Positions 9,394-18,761 of a DNA stretch of 64,000 nucleotides are shown here, piece by piece. The notes under the pieces were generated by a model, which had not been told where the DNA came from, did not search any database, and worked only from the letters and a program-made list of their open reading frames with translations. Origin of the DNA: Candidatus Caldarchaeum sp. (GTDB lineage: Archaea; Thermoproteota; Nitrososphaeria_A; Caldarchaeales; Caldarchaeaceae); assembly GCA_038896555.1 (NCBI GenBank), contig JAWACZ010000001.1, positions 8,591-72,590 of the forward strand. Reading direction: 5' to 3'. The translations under genes and the position numbers were made by a program. Position 1 is the stretch's first letter, and every line of letters starts with the position of its first letter.

Positions 9394-10426
9394 GGCTTAG
9401 CACCACAATTCTTCGTGTCAAGCTTTTGTGAACGTATACGTCGTGGTGTTGGAGCGGTTTAAACCCGACAGCCGCTTCCAAGAGGTTTTCATACTCTTCT
9501 TTAGGAACTATTATGGCTATCCTTGCTTTATCACGGAGTGCACCACCAACTGCCTCGAAGAACTTTTTTAACAAAGTTTTTAGGACGTGGCCGCCAAGGG
9601 TTGCAGACCTGCCGTACGGGGGGTCGGTTGCGACGGCGTCGAAGCCCGCTATGAAAGGCGGCCTTTTCGCATCGCCCTGGATTATGTGGCAGACGGAAGG
9701 GCAGTATGGTTTGATGTTCAACACCATCCCGTTTGATATCCATGTTTTCAGCTCAAGCCCGACAACTTCATGTCCCATAAGCCCAGCCTCAATCAATATA
9801 GCTCCAGAGCCTGCGAACGGGTCTAAAACCCTTGAATCTCTGCTTGAAACAGCTAGGTTGACGAGGCAGCGTGCGAGCTTGGGCTGAAGCGCTGATGGTA
9901 TTCGAAAAGGCTTCCTCCCCGCTCTGCGTGATTGGAAAAAATGTTTCGGCTTCGATGCTTTAAGTATCCCCGCCACGTAGGTTGTTGGTGAGACAAGCAG
10001 CACGAAGACGATGTCAGGCCTTTCCAGAGATACTCTCAGGTTTGGTAACGACGACATCACGTGTTCGGCGAAAGACCTCTCCATCTCCAAGGAGTTTACA
10101 ATGGCTCCGCCTATTTTAACAACCTCAACCCCAAACCCTAATGCATCGTTTGGAACAAGATTTTCCCAGCCAGCCGCCAAGTTCACCCCGTCTTTCCTAT
10201 GGTTATCTACGGAACCCAACCCTATGATGATCCCTGCCATTTTCGTAAGTGCTGCACGTTCGACTATCTCACCGTGTAGATGTCGTGGAACATCTGCCGA
10301 TGCTATTCTTGAGTTGATCAGTTCGAAAACGCATAAATCGTTAACGATGGACAGAACCTGTTGAAGCTCGGCTGCTGAAAGCTCTGGGTTTTCTCCCGAC
10401 AGAAGGAAAAAAGACCTTCCCAGCAT
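9386..10426 (-). CDS. THUMP-domain tRNA guanine-N2 methyltransferase (Trm-G10/Trm11/Trm14-like)
   Basis: 346 aa. The N-terminal THUMP-like region is followed by a class I MTase with DPFAGSG and the DPPYG catalytic motif. Confidence 0.75.
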   Translation of the reverse strand: MLGRSFFLLSGENPELSAAELQQVLSIVNDLCVFELINSRIASADVPRHLHGEIVERAALTKMAGIIIGLGSVDNHRKDGVNLAAGWENLVPNDALGFGVEVVKIGGAIVNSLEMERSFAEHVMSSLPNLRVSLERPDIVFVLLVSPTTYVAGILKASKPKHFFQSRRAGRKPFRIPSALQPKLARCLVNLAVSSRDSRVLDPFAGSGAILIEAGLMGHEVVGLELKTWISNGMVLNIKPYCPSVCHIIQGDAKRPPFIAGFDAVATDPPYGRSATLGGHVLKTLLKKFFEAVGGALRDKARIAIIVPKEEYENLLEAAVGFKPLQHHDVYVHKSLTRRIVVLSLE

Positions 10427-10430
10427 AGCG

Positions 10431-11315
10431 TTAACCTAGCTGTGAAGCTAACAGGCCCGCCACAGACGCGACAGCATACGGATTGGGTACGGTATCCGTC
10501 GTTATGATAAGGTCCGCTCCCGCAGCAGAGATCTTTTCGTAGGCAGACCCGACGAACAAGCCGTGAACACAAGCAACTATTATCCTTGAAGCACCCATGT
10601 TACGCAACAGCTGCACGCATTTCACCATAGTCTGCCCGGTACTGATGACGTCGTCCAGCAAGACGGTTTCCCTACCTTTTGGGTCGGCGTCTGTTGAAAC
10701 CGTGACGATGCCTGTCACAGGGTCTCTTCGGCTTTCGATATGCCCGTAGCTGGTTTCCATGACGTATGCGGCTGATGCAGCCATCTCCAAGCCTTTCTTT
10801 CCCGGTGCTAGGATTAACGGTTTTTCAACACCAGCCTGCAAAATGTACGTAGCTAGGAGACCCGTCGCGTCTATGTTTTTCACGCGAACCGCTGCGTTCC
10901 TCAAAACCCATGGCGAGTGTATGTTGACCGTCAACACTTCATCTACCCCCACCGCTTTCAAGAGTTTGAAGAGGGTCAGGATGCTCACCGCCTCCCCCTC
11001 CCTAAACCTTCTGTCCTGCCTAGCGTACGCCATGTAAGGGACCACGGCCCTTATCGACACCGCCCCCAAGTCTTTCAAACAGTCCGCCATAAGAAGCAGC
11101 TGCGTTAGGTTCGTGTCTTGGGGAGGATGCAGGCCTTGGACCAGAACTACGTCCTCGCCAACAACACCATCCTCAAACTTTATGTAAGACTCGCCGTCGG
11201 GAAACAGTTTATGCTCCACACCAACCGCCGGCACCTGAAGAATAGAGGAAAGCTTACCCGCCAGCTCGCTTGATGAAGGGCCTTTTACAATCTTCAAGCC
11301 AACGTTCTCTGCCAT
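10431..11315 (-). CDS. prs: Ribose-phosphate pyrophosphokinase
   Basis: 294 aa. YARQDRR motif and the PRPP-binding loop LLDDVISTGQT. Confidence 0.9.
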   Translation of the reverse strand: MAENVGLKIVKGPSSSELAGKLSSILQVPAVGVEHKLFPDGESYIKFEDGVVGEDVVLVQGLHPPQDTNLTQLLLMADCLKDLGAVSIRAVVPYMAYARQDRRFREGEAVSILTLFKLLKAVGVDEVLTVNIHSPWVLRNAAVRVKNIDATGLLATYILQAGVEKPLILAPGKKGLEMAASAAYVMETSYGHIESRRDPVTGIVTVSTDADPKGRETVLLDDVISTGQTMVKCVQLLRNMGASRIIVACVHGLFVGSAYEKISAAGADLIITTDTVPNPYAVASVAGLLASQLG

Positions 11316-11532
11316 GCCTCGTCTAAAAAATATTTTTGGGTTTATGTCTCAGCAAGCTAAAAGAAGATAACCACACCTTTACAAGAGCTTGGAGTAACCG
11401 TCTGCTGTCACCAAAGGATTTGGCCAGGATGTTCTGCAAAACGATTTCGTTACATCTGTGAATCATTAGGTTATGTTTCCCTTTTAAGCAAGCCAGATGG
11501 TTATTTTTCAATCACGGTATGTTGGAAAACGC

Positions 11533-11540
11533 TTATATAC
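11533..11540 (+). promoter_or_regulatory. TATA-like box upstream of the small-ORF/ParB-like/phosphatase operon
   Basis: The sequence ttatatac is centred about 27 nt upstream of the ATG at 11563. Confidence 0.4.
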
Positions 11541-11562
11541 AATTGCAGCATTGTGGGAAGCC

Positions 11563-11712
11563 ATGCAGAGTCAGGCTCAGGAAAAGACCATAGAGGGAGT
11601 ATCCTTTCCAGTCTGTGAATCTACGCTGATGCCTGTCTCAGACGAATACACATACATCCACCACAACTCGATACAGGTTGGAGTTTTCAAATACATCGAG
11701 AAGGCACCTTAA
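11563..11712 (+). CDS. Small hypothetical protein (49 aa)
   Basis: The ATG sits at leaderless distance from the TATA-like box. Its stop TAA is immediately followed by the ATG of the next gene (taaATG at 11710-11715). No homology recognised. Confidence 0.35.
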   Translation: MQSQAQEKTIEGVSFPVCESTLMPVSDEYTYIHHNSIQVGVFKYIEKAP

Positions 11713-12447
11713 ATGAGCTACGGATACGACGAGTTCGAGTCGAAGCTCGGCCAGCTTATCTACACGCTGGTGATGTATGAGAGGCTCAAGGAATATGTTC
11801 TGGAGAAGCTTAGGGGGAAAGACCGTCTCTCAGTCAGAATAAACCTTGGAAACGACAAGTACGGAAACCAAGTTTTCATGGACGTGGTCATCACCTCTGT
11901 TAGGCCGCAGATCCTCACCCAGCAGGTTGAGGCACAGCAGAGAAAATCAAAGAAATCACTTGTTCTGGTTTTGTCTAATGAAGAGGTTGCAGGTGAAAAG
12001 AGGCAGATTGCGGCTGAGATGGAGAAGCTCATAGTTGAGAGCCTTAAGTGGTGGCATGGATACTTCGGTGAAAGAGACAAGCTAAGACTTGATGCGTGGC
12101 GAAGCGAGAGGGCGGAAATATTGGAGGGCGAGGTGGCGGGCAGTATCGTTGAGCTACCGGTCGACAGAATAATCTCTCCGCCGCTAACACAGAATAATCT
12201 CAAGATGGAGCAGGAGGCTTTAGCAGAGTTCGCAGACATCCTAGGACCTATAGTCGTCAGGCCAACTGATTCAGACTTCTACGAGCTTGTTAGCGACGTA
12301 CGTTTGTTTGACGCGTTGGTGAATAGGCTTGGATACGACCGTGTCAGAGCACTTGTTTTAGAAGTTGACGCCGAACGAGCGGCAAGCATAAAGGCGGAGA
12401 TAGGGGACAAGGTAGAAAAGCTTGTAAAAAAGATTGCAAACAGGTAA
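11713..12447 (+). CDS. Hypothetical protein with a C-terminal degenerate ParB/Srx-like domain
   Basis: Residues ~150-235 (IVELPVDRIISPP...EALAEFADILGPIVVRPTDSDFYELVSDVRLFDALVNRLGYDRVRALVLEVD) follow the ParB N-terminal domain pattern. The GxRR box is replaced by SDVR. Confidence 0.5.
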   Translation: MSYGYDEFESKLGQLIYTLVMYERLKEYVLEKLRGKDRLSVRINLGNDKYGNQVFMDVVITSVRPQILTQQVEAQQRKSKKSLVLVLSNEEVAGEKRQIAAEMEKLIVESLKWWHGYFGERDKLRLDAWRSERAEILEGEVAGSIVELPVDRIISPPLTQNNLKMEQEALAEFADILGPIVVRPTDSDFYELVSDVRLFDALVNRLGYDRVRALVLEVDAERAASIKAEIGDKVEKLVKKIANR

Positions 12448-12450
12448 GCT

Positions 12451-12942
12451 ATGCCAGGTCTTTTGAGAAAATTGCAAGGTGTGTTTACAGAAAGCCCGCC
12501 CAATTTCTCCATGTTTTCCGAAAAAATAGCTGCAAGCGGGCTGCCGAGCAGACGTAGGCACATCAGATATATTAAGAACAGAGGTGTCTCAGCAGTTATC
12601 AGCTTGACGGAAAAACCTTTGCCGAAAAACCTCGTTGAAAACGAGGACATCGAATACTTTCATTTTCCATTGGAGGACCATAAGCCAGCCGACCCCCGTG
12701 AACTTTTGAAAATAGTTAACACTATCCAGCGGCTTGTCGACGACGGACATAGGGTTTTGGTCCATTGCTTGGCTGGTTACGGGAGGACGGGAATGGTTTT
12801 AGCTGCCTATCTTATGAAGGCTGAGGGCTTTGGATGGGTGGAGAGCTTGGAGAAAACACGGAGACTCCGTCCAGGCTCTGTTGAGAAAAACCAGGAAAAA
12901 ACACTCCAGGAATTTGAGAGCCTTATCAGAGCTGGCTCTTGA
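12451..12942 (+). CDS. Cys-based protein tyrosine/dual-specificity phosphatase (SsoPTP-like)
   Basis: 163 aa with the HCLAGYGRTG signature (HCxxGxxR[ST]). Confidence 0.85.
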   Translation: MPGLLRKLQGVFTESPPNFSMFSEKIAASGLPSRRRHIRYIKNRGVSAVISLTEKPLPKNLVENEDIEYFHFPLEDHKPADPRELLKIVNTIQRLVDDGHRVLVHCLAGYGRTGMVLAAYLMKAEGFGWVESLEKTRRLRPGSVEKNQEKTLQEFESLIRAGS

Positions 12943-15061
12943 TAAGAGCTGCTGTCTTCTCCCCTATGCTGGGAACCTGGGCTAGCTCGTCAAGGGATGC
13001 TCTTCTAAGATCTTCTAGCGTTCGGTAGCCTGAGTTGTAAAGGTTTCTCGCCCTGACTCTTCCAACACCTTTTAAAGCTGTTAGGGGAAGAAGCTCAGCC
13101 CTAACTCCGTGGGCAACCCTCTCAGAGAGTATCTCAAAAGCATGTTGCAAAGCGGTCTTCTTCTCTATAGCCATAAGCTGGGAGGCTGCGTACGCAATCC
13201 AGCTGCATCTCTCACGTAGAACAGCAAGGTCTCCTGGCTCAACTCTCATCTTCTCGTAAAGCTCTCCTTCGCCAACCTCCTCTATCCAAGCCTTCATTAG
13301 AGCCGCGGTCTTAACCGACTCGAGGAAAAGGTCGTAGGTGTCTGGGTCTTCCGAGGGGTCTGGTACATAGAAAAATGACTCGAAATTTTCGTTGACAAAG
13401 CCTTGAATCCTATAAGCTTCAACACGTTTCATCGGAACACTTGGCACCTCTGAGGTCATGCAAACTACCTGGAGCAAGCCGAGGTCGTCTATGTTCTTTG
13501 GCCGTTTTGAACAGGTTTTTAGAATTGTCAAGGCCGTCAAAGGGTCTATGTAAAGCTCAGACACACGTCTGCCAAGCTTTGTAGCCTCAAGCCTCTCACC
13601 ATCTCTGACAAACCCATTTGAGGACAGAAAATCAACTACGTTGTTGAGAGATTTTTCAAGAAGCCTTCCGCCAAATTGATAATGCAAAAAGGTTTTCATG
13701 AAAAAATTATGTAAACCTTCGAAGCTGTGGATTTCTTCGCTGGCTATGACGGCCAGTACCTGGATTCTTAAATGTCTTTCGCTGCCAAGCCTGGACCAGA
13801 TCCTTTCAGGCTTACCTTTAACATATTTTTCCAGCACCATCTCGAACTCGTCTTCGTTACGTGCGATTGTTATTGCCTCGCCAAAAGAATCATAGCCGGG
13901 TCTGCCAGCCCTTCCGCAGAACTGTTTATACTCTGTCACCGATATGCTTTTCAACCCCTCGCCCACTTCATAGCGTCTGAGCTCAGGTATTATGACTACA
14001 CGAGCCGGTAGGTTTACGCCTGCGGCAAGAGTTGGTGTTGCGCACAGCACCTTGAGATGCCTCTCCCTGAAAGCCTTCTCCACAACCCTTCTATGCGGTG
14101 CCGCCAGGCCTGCATGATGGAAGCATGCACCCGCTTTCAAAAGCATGGCAACTCTTTCGGTGAATGCGGAGAACTCGGTGGACTGAAGAAGGTCAGCCGC
14201 AGCATCGGAAAGATAGGCTTTATCAACACCATTTAAAAGATCGTTCTGGCTGAGGGCTGAGGCTGCTCTCTCAGCAAGCTGCTCAGCCCTTCTTCTAGTG
14301 TTGGCGAAAATTATGACCTGGCCGCCTTCCATCACTGTTTGAAGCGCGATAGATATTGCTGGGTTATAGTCATGCTCGGCAACAATTTTTCTCTCTCTAT
14401 CGCCGTACACAATCTCTCCCGTGAGAAAGATGCCTTCACGAAGCGGAACCGGTCTCCAGTCCATGGTTATTAAATCTGCCCCAAGCCATTCCGCCAGCTC
14501 CCCAGCGTTTGGAGCTGTTGCGCTCAAAGCAAGCAGCTGCGCTTTCGGGTTGCTGGCCGCCAGTCTTGTCAAAGTCATTTCGAGAGTGGGCCCTCTGTCG
14601 GGTTCGCCCAGCAAGTGTATTTCATCGGCCACGATGAGGGAGATCTTGTTTATCCAAGCAGCCCTGTGTCTCATCAGGCTGTCGGCCTTCTCGTTTGTCG
14701 CAACTATGACGTCATATGATTCCAGCCATGGGTCTGCAGAGTCGTAGTCTCCCGTGCTGGCCACAACACGGTATTCACCTCCCAGAAAACGGCTGAACTC
14801 GTCATGTTTTTCCGCGGCGAGAGCTCTTAAGGGCGTTAAGTAGAGAACCTTACCCCCATTCGCAAGATGTTTGTAGGCGGCCATCAAGGCTATGAGGGTT
14901 TTTCCAGAGGCGGTTGGCGTCGCAACCATCAAACGCCTACCTTCGAGAAGACCTTTTCTCAAAGCCTCCGACTGCGGCGGATAGAACTGTTTCACCCCAA
15001 ACCTTTCGAGAGCATCCTTCAGATAGGATGGAAGCTTTCCTACGTCCTGGTAACGGCTCAT
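12926..15061 (-). CDS. hel308: Hel308/Hjm (Ski2-like) DNA helicase
   Basis: 711 aa. It has SF2 motifs (TPTASGKT, DEIH, SAT), a ratchet domain, and a C-terminal helix-hairpin-helix (GVGRVRARNLY...SIGEKTA). Confidence 0.9.
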   Translation of the reverse strand: MSRYQDVGKLPSYLKDALERFGVKQFYPPQSEALRKGLLEGRRLMVATPTASGKTLIALMAAYKHLANGGKVLYLTPLRALAAEKHDEFSRFLGGEYRVVASTGDYDSADPWLESYDVIVATNEKADSLMRHRAAWINKISLIVADEIHLLGEPDRGPTLEMTLTRLAASNPKAQLLALSATAPNAGELAEWLGADLITMDWRPVPLREGIFLTGEIVYGDRERKIVAEHDYNPAISIALQTVMEGGQVIIFANTRRRAEQLAERAASALSQNDLLNGVDKAYLSDAAADLLQSTEFSAFTERVAMLLKAGACFHHAGLAAPHRRVVEKAFRERHLKVLCATPTLAAGVNLPARVVIIPELRRYEVGEGLKSISVTEYKQFCGRAGRPGYDSFGEAITIARNEDEFEMVLEKYVKGKPERIWSRLGSERHLRIQVLAVIASEEIHSFEGLHNFFMKTFLHYQFGGRLLEKSLNNVVDFLSSNGFVRDGERLEATKLGRRVSELYIDPLTALTILKTCSKRPKNIDDLGLLQVVCMTSEVPSVPMKRVEAYRIQGFVNENFESFFYVPDPSEDPDTYDLFLESVKTAALMKAWIEEVGEGELYEKMRVEPGDLAVLRERCSWIAYAASQLMAIEKKTALQHAFEILSERVAHGVRAELLPLTALKGVGRVRARNLYNSGYRTLEDLRRASLDELAQVPSIGEKTAALIKSQL

Positions 15062-17079
15062 GTTACTTTGTAGGCACCCGTTCTAGGCATGAAGACCCGT
15101 CCGTCTGTTATAAGACGGGTTAGTATCCTTGTTATCTCATCATCCGACAGCCCTTCCTGGAGCAGCGAAGCCCTGAGCTCCTGCTCCGCGGCGTATCCGC
15201 TTTTTTCCTCAAATCTTTTTATCGTTTCTATCACAAGCTTCATCTTCTCCCTTACGCTTTTCGGCTTTCCCGTCATTATCACGTCTATGTCTGGCGCGCC
15301 CGTCTCGATGTCAACACCAACTTCCTGGAGGCTTCTTTTCATGAGGAGGATGGCGGCCGCCGCATCGTCTTCGTCGGACTGTGTCTTTAAACCAGCTCTT
15401 GCATGTGCTTCAGTAAGCCTGATGAGGGACTCGAACTGCCGCGCCGTGATGCTTACAGTCGAAGTTTTTTCATAGAGAGCCCTCATCTTAAGGTAAAAGT
15501 CCTCAAGCACTTTCATAGCTTTAGACGTCACCGTCGGTTCAAACCTTTTAGCGTAGGCGATATACTTCCGCAGAATCTCCGGAGGTATTGGAGGAGCTCT
15601 TTCAGGCTCTCCAAGCTGGTGAAGGGCAGCTATGTGAGATGATATCTTTCTGTCTGTGTCTGGGTTGGGCTCGTCCCTGAGGACAAATATAAGGTCAAAC
15701 CTTGAGAGAATGGTTATAGGAAGGTTGACGTTTTCTGTAAAGTTTTTGTAGGTGTCATACCTGCCGTATGCGGGGTTTGCAGCCGCTAGAACGGCTGTTC
15801 TGGCGTTTAAAGTCGCCACTATGCCGCCTTTGGCTACGCTGACTGTTTGCTGTGCCATCGCCTCATGGATGGCCACCCTGTCCTCGGGACGCATCTTATC
15901 TATTTCGTCTATGCAGCAGACACCCATGTCCGCCAACACCATTGCGCCGGCTTCAAGAACCATGCCCCCTTCTTTTTCACGTATAACAGCGGCCGTCAAA
16001 CCGGCGGCGGTGGACCCCCTTCCTGAGGTGTAGATGCCGCGTGGGGCTATTGAAGCCACGTACTGGAGCAGCTGGCTTTTCGCTGTTCCAGGGTCTCCGA
16101 CGAGAAGTATGTTCAGGTCGCCTCTTACCCTTAAGCCGTCGGGGAATGTTTTCAACCGGCCCCCAACCAGCAGAAGCAAAATTGCCTCCTTGATGTGGTC
16201 GAGGCCGTAAATCGAGGGGGCTATCGAGTCTACAAGCTTCCTTATTATAAAAGGGTCTTCGGCCATTTTCTTGAACAGTTTTTCATCTTCTGGCGATATG
16301 TGTACCGCCTGAGGCTCCTTGCTTGCCGGTTCTATGCTGACGCTGTCAATGAATATCCTGAAGGTTTTTAACGGGCTTTCTCCTGCCCTTTCCTGCACAG
16401 AGTCGACGACACCGGTCACTATGACCCTGTCTCCCGGTCTCGCTGCGTCAACTAGGTCGTCTCTTGCCCTGACCTCTATGACGCGGGGGAGCTGGCCAGG
16501 CGGCAGGTCCTCAGGCTTTTCCTGAACCCCGATTACCTGATAGTCTATGTATGTCGACTCTTCTGGAACTAGTTCAAAGCTTGGACGCTTGCTTCCCCTG
16601 CATGTTTTATCCCTGCATGCTTCCGGCATCGACAGCCTCTGAGAATGCTGCTCAACCTGTTGTCTGTCGCCGCAGAACCTACATTTGAACACACCGACCT
16701 TGAGGATTGGCTTCACGGCAGAGGCCTTTGATATCATGCCGTCAATCATCACAAGCTTCCTCAGATGCTCCGACCTAACCTCTCTTATCGGAGTAACCGT
16801 CGGAAGCGACATAATTCTTGCTGTAAACAGGCGGACAGAAGACGCATATTCAGGGTCTTCTATCTGCAGCTGTCTAAAGCAGGCCCTGTTCAAAACACCG
16901 AGCATGACGTTAGGGTTCTCCACAAGCTTCCGCGCAAACTCCTCATCGAATTTTATCAAGTCGCTGAACTCCACAGTTATGCTTCTTTTCTTTTTGACGG
17001 CGGCCTCGCGTAGAAGCTCACGATACTTTTCAGACTTGAAGAAAGAAACCAGCCTTTCCTCAAGAGGTATCGCAGCCAT
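15058..17079 (-). CDS. mcm: MCM replicative helicase
   Basis: It has a Zn finger (CRFCG...C..C), Walker A GDPGTAKS, Walker B CCIDEIDKM, and the arginine finger SRFDL. The start is either ATG 17079 (1 nt after the GINS stop) or GTG 17088. Confidence 0.95.
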   Translation of the reverse strand: MAAIPLEERLVSFFKSEKYRELLREAAVKKKRSITVEFSDLIKFDEEFARKLVENPNVMLGVLNRACFRQLQIEDPEYASSVRLFTARIMSLPTVTPIREVRSEHLRKLVMIDGMISKASAVKPILKVGVFKCRFCGDRQQVEQHSQRLSMPEACRDKTCRGSKRPSFELVPEESTYIDYQVIGVQEKPEDLPPGQLPRVIEVRARDDLVDAARPGDRVIVTGVVDSVQERAGESPLKTFRIFIDSVSIEPASKEPQAVHISPEDEKLFKKMAEDPFIIRKLVDSIAPSIYGLDHIKEAILLLLVGGRLKTFPDGLRVRGDLNILLVGDPGTAKSQLLQYVASIAPRGIYTSGRGSTAAGLTAAVIREKEGGMVLEAGAMVLADMGVCCIDEIDKMRPEDRVAIHEAMAQQTVSVAKGGIVATLNARTAVLAAANPAYGRYDTYKNFTENVNLPITILSRFDLIFVLRDEPNPDTDRKISSHIAALHQLGEPERAPPIPPEILRKYIAYAKRFEPTVTSKAMKVLEDFYLKMRALYEKTSTVSITARQFESLIRLTEAHARAGLKTQSDEDDAAAAILLMKRSLQEVGVDIETGAPDIDVIMTGKPKSVREKMKLVIETIKRFEEKSGYAAEQELRASLLQEGLSDDEITRILTRLITDGRVFMPRTGAYKVT

Positions 17080-17080
17080 T

Positions 17081-17593
17081 CTACCCACCCTTAGGCGTCA
17101 TAACCTTAATCCACCGTTCGACAATACTGTAAACACGTCTGTAAAGCACCTCCTCTTCAGGCGTTAGTTTTTTCACTATGTCGCCGTCAAGCCTCTTCGC
17201 CGCCAAGCCTATGATTTTCATCATCCTCATGGTGATGATGTCGGCAAGCCTTCGAACAACGTCTCTGTCGCCTTTTTCAGCCTCCTTCGTCCATTCAATG
17301 TAGAAATGTTTGTCCAATGGTTGGATGTCTGCGGGGTTGTTTTTCTCACGCCACTCCAACTGCATGAGCTGGGTTGCCGTCAAAGGCTTGGAAACATATT
17401 CGGCATAGCCCATTGAGACAATCACTTCAGCAACCCACTGCCAAACATTTACAACAGTGCCTTTCTTCAAATCCTCAACAGTTTTCCCAGCATAGCTTAG
17501 TTTGGCTACGTCGGCTGTTATCATAATTTTAACAGGTGTATGTAGGTATTCTAGACGAATCTCATGAACTACTCTTTCGATGCCGTCGTCCAT
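17081..17593 (-). CDS. GINS subunit (Gins23-like domain order)
   Basis: 170 aa, immediately upstream of and coupled to mcm. A beta-rich N-terminal part is followed by a helical part with LP-like '..PLDKHFY..', 'DIITMRMMKI' and 'LTPEEEVLY', as in GINS A-domains. The assignment rests on pattern and synteny. Confidence 0.6.
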   Translation of the reverse strand: MDDGIERVVHEIRLEYLHTPVKIMITADVAKLSYAGKTVEDLKKGTVVNVWQWVAEVIVSMGYAEYVSKPLTATQLMQLEWREKNNPADIQPLDKHFYIEWTKEAEKGDRDVVRRLADIITMRMMKIIGLAAKRLDGDIVKKLTPEEEVLYRRVYSIVERWIKVMTPKGG

Positions 17594-17707
17594 CTAAAGC
17601 TATGGATGAAAGACCCTACTTAAAGATAGCTTGTTTAAACTCCATTATATGCGGTCTATGATAACCCGAATAATACTTTTGTAGTGCTTGTTTTTGACTG
17701 TTCTTTG

Positions 17708-18718
17708 ATGAGGATAGCCGTCGTAGGCTTGGGGGTGGCTGGTTCGTATCTCGTTAGGAGATTGTCGCAGTTGAGCTTTGATGTTGTGGGGTTCGAGAGA
17801 CAGCCTCGCGAAAGTTTTAAAGCAATTTGCGCGTGGGGAACTGTAAGGCAGGTGGCGAAAGAAATTCTTGAGAAAATCGACTTCAATTTCGATGATTATC
17901 TTCTGCATCTAGGTGAACACCTAACCTTGGACAACGGCAAACAGAGGTCGAAAATCCCTTTGAAAGGTTTATGCACTTACGACAAAGCCCGTCTTGAGCT
18001 CGACCTTACAAAAGGCCTTAAAGTTTTCTACGGCGTAACACCAGACCGTGAGAAACTTGTAAGAGACTTCGACCTCGTCATAGACGCCACCGGTGTTTCG
18101 CGAGCACTTCTCCCCAAGCCCGCTCAGGACGACGTTGTCCCATGCTTTGAGTATAGAATAAAATATGATGGCGGGAAGCCGTTAACAGATTTTTACGTCA
18201 AAATATTTAGAAACTGTAACGGCTATCTTTGGTATTTTCCGCTCAGCGACACTGAGGCCTACGTAGGCGCAGGAGACATTTCGAACAACCATGTACGTGA
18301 AGTCAATGCCTTCGCCGCTCAAAACGGTGGAAAAATTGTCGGAAAATATGGTAGGGCGGTGAGGATAGCTCCTCCCGAGCTGTGCACTCCTTTCTCAACC
18401 GGTAAAATAGTCGGCGTAGGAGAGTCGATCGGCACCGTCTTCCCAATGCTCGGTGAAGGAATTCTCCCAAGCCTTGAATGCGCGGAAATCTTCCTCGAAA
18501 CACTCGAGGAACCCGAGAGGTATGCTGGAAGGGTGCTTGAATTCTTCAAGCCCTACTCCGACATCTACAGGATGGTTAAGCTTAAGCAGGCTGAGGAGCT
18601 AAACCTAGTCAGACATCTCCCCCTCATCATGCGTTGTTATAAGTATATGAAGGAGAGGGAGGATAGGTTTGGGATGGTGATTAGAAAGAGCGACCTCTAT
18701 TTGATACTGCAGTCGTAG
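17708..18718 (+). CDS. FAD-dependent oxidoreductase, geranylgeranyl reductase-like family
   Basis: Rossmann motif RIAVVGLGVAGSY sits right after ATG 17708. The listed ORF start at 17684 adds 8 unlikely residues. Confidence 0.65.
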   Translation: MRIAVVGLGVAGSYLVRRLSQLSFDVVGFERQPRESFKAICAWGTVRQVAKEILEKIDFNFDDYLLHLGEHLTLDNGKQRSKIPLKGLCTYDKARLELDLTKGLKVFYGVTPDREKLVRDFDLVIDATGVSRALLPKPAQDDVVPCFEYRIKYDGGKPLTDFYVKIFRNCNGYLWYFPLSDTEAYVGAGDISNNHVREVNAFAAQNGGKIVGKYGRAVRIAPPELCTPFSTGKIVGVGESIGTVFPMLGEGILPSLECAEIFLETLEEPERYAGRVLEFFKPYSDIYRMVKLKQAEELNLVRHLPLIMRCYKYMKEREDRFGMVIRKSDLYLILQS

Positions 18719-18727
18719 CTCGCAAGG

Positions 18728-18737
18728 TTTATAAAAA
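18728..18737 (+). promoter_or_regulatory. TATA box upstream of thrC
   Basis: The sequence tttataaaaa lies about 25-30 nt upstream of GTG 18761. Confidence 0.5.
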
Positions 18738-18761
18738 GCCTTTCAACCCGATTTTGCAAGG

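Noticed and set aside
11455-11621. A 10-bp direct repeat tctgtgaatc (11455-11464 and 11612-11621) upstream of the ParB-like operon, considered as an ORB or centromere-like repeat
   Set aside because: By rough estimate, about ten such 10-mer repeats within 200 bp are expected by chance in 64 kb. The second copy lies inside the 49-aa ORF. There is no third copy and no surrounding conservation.
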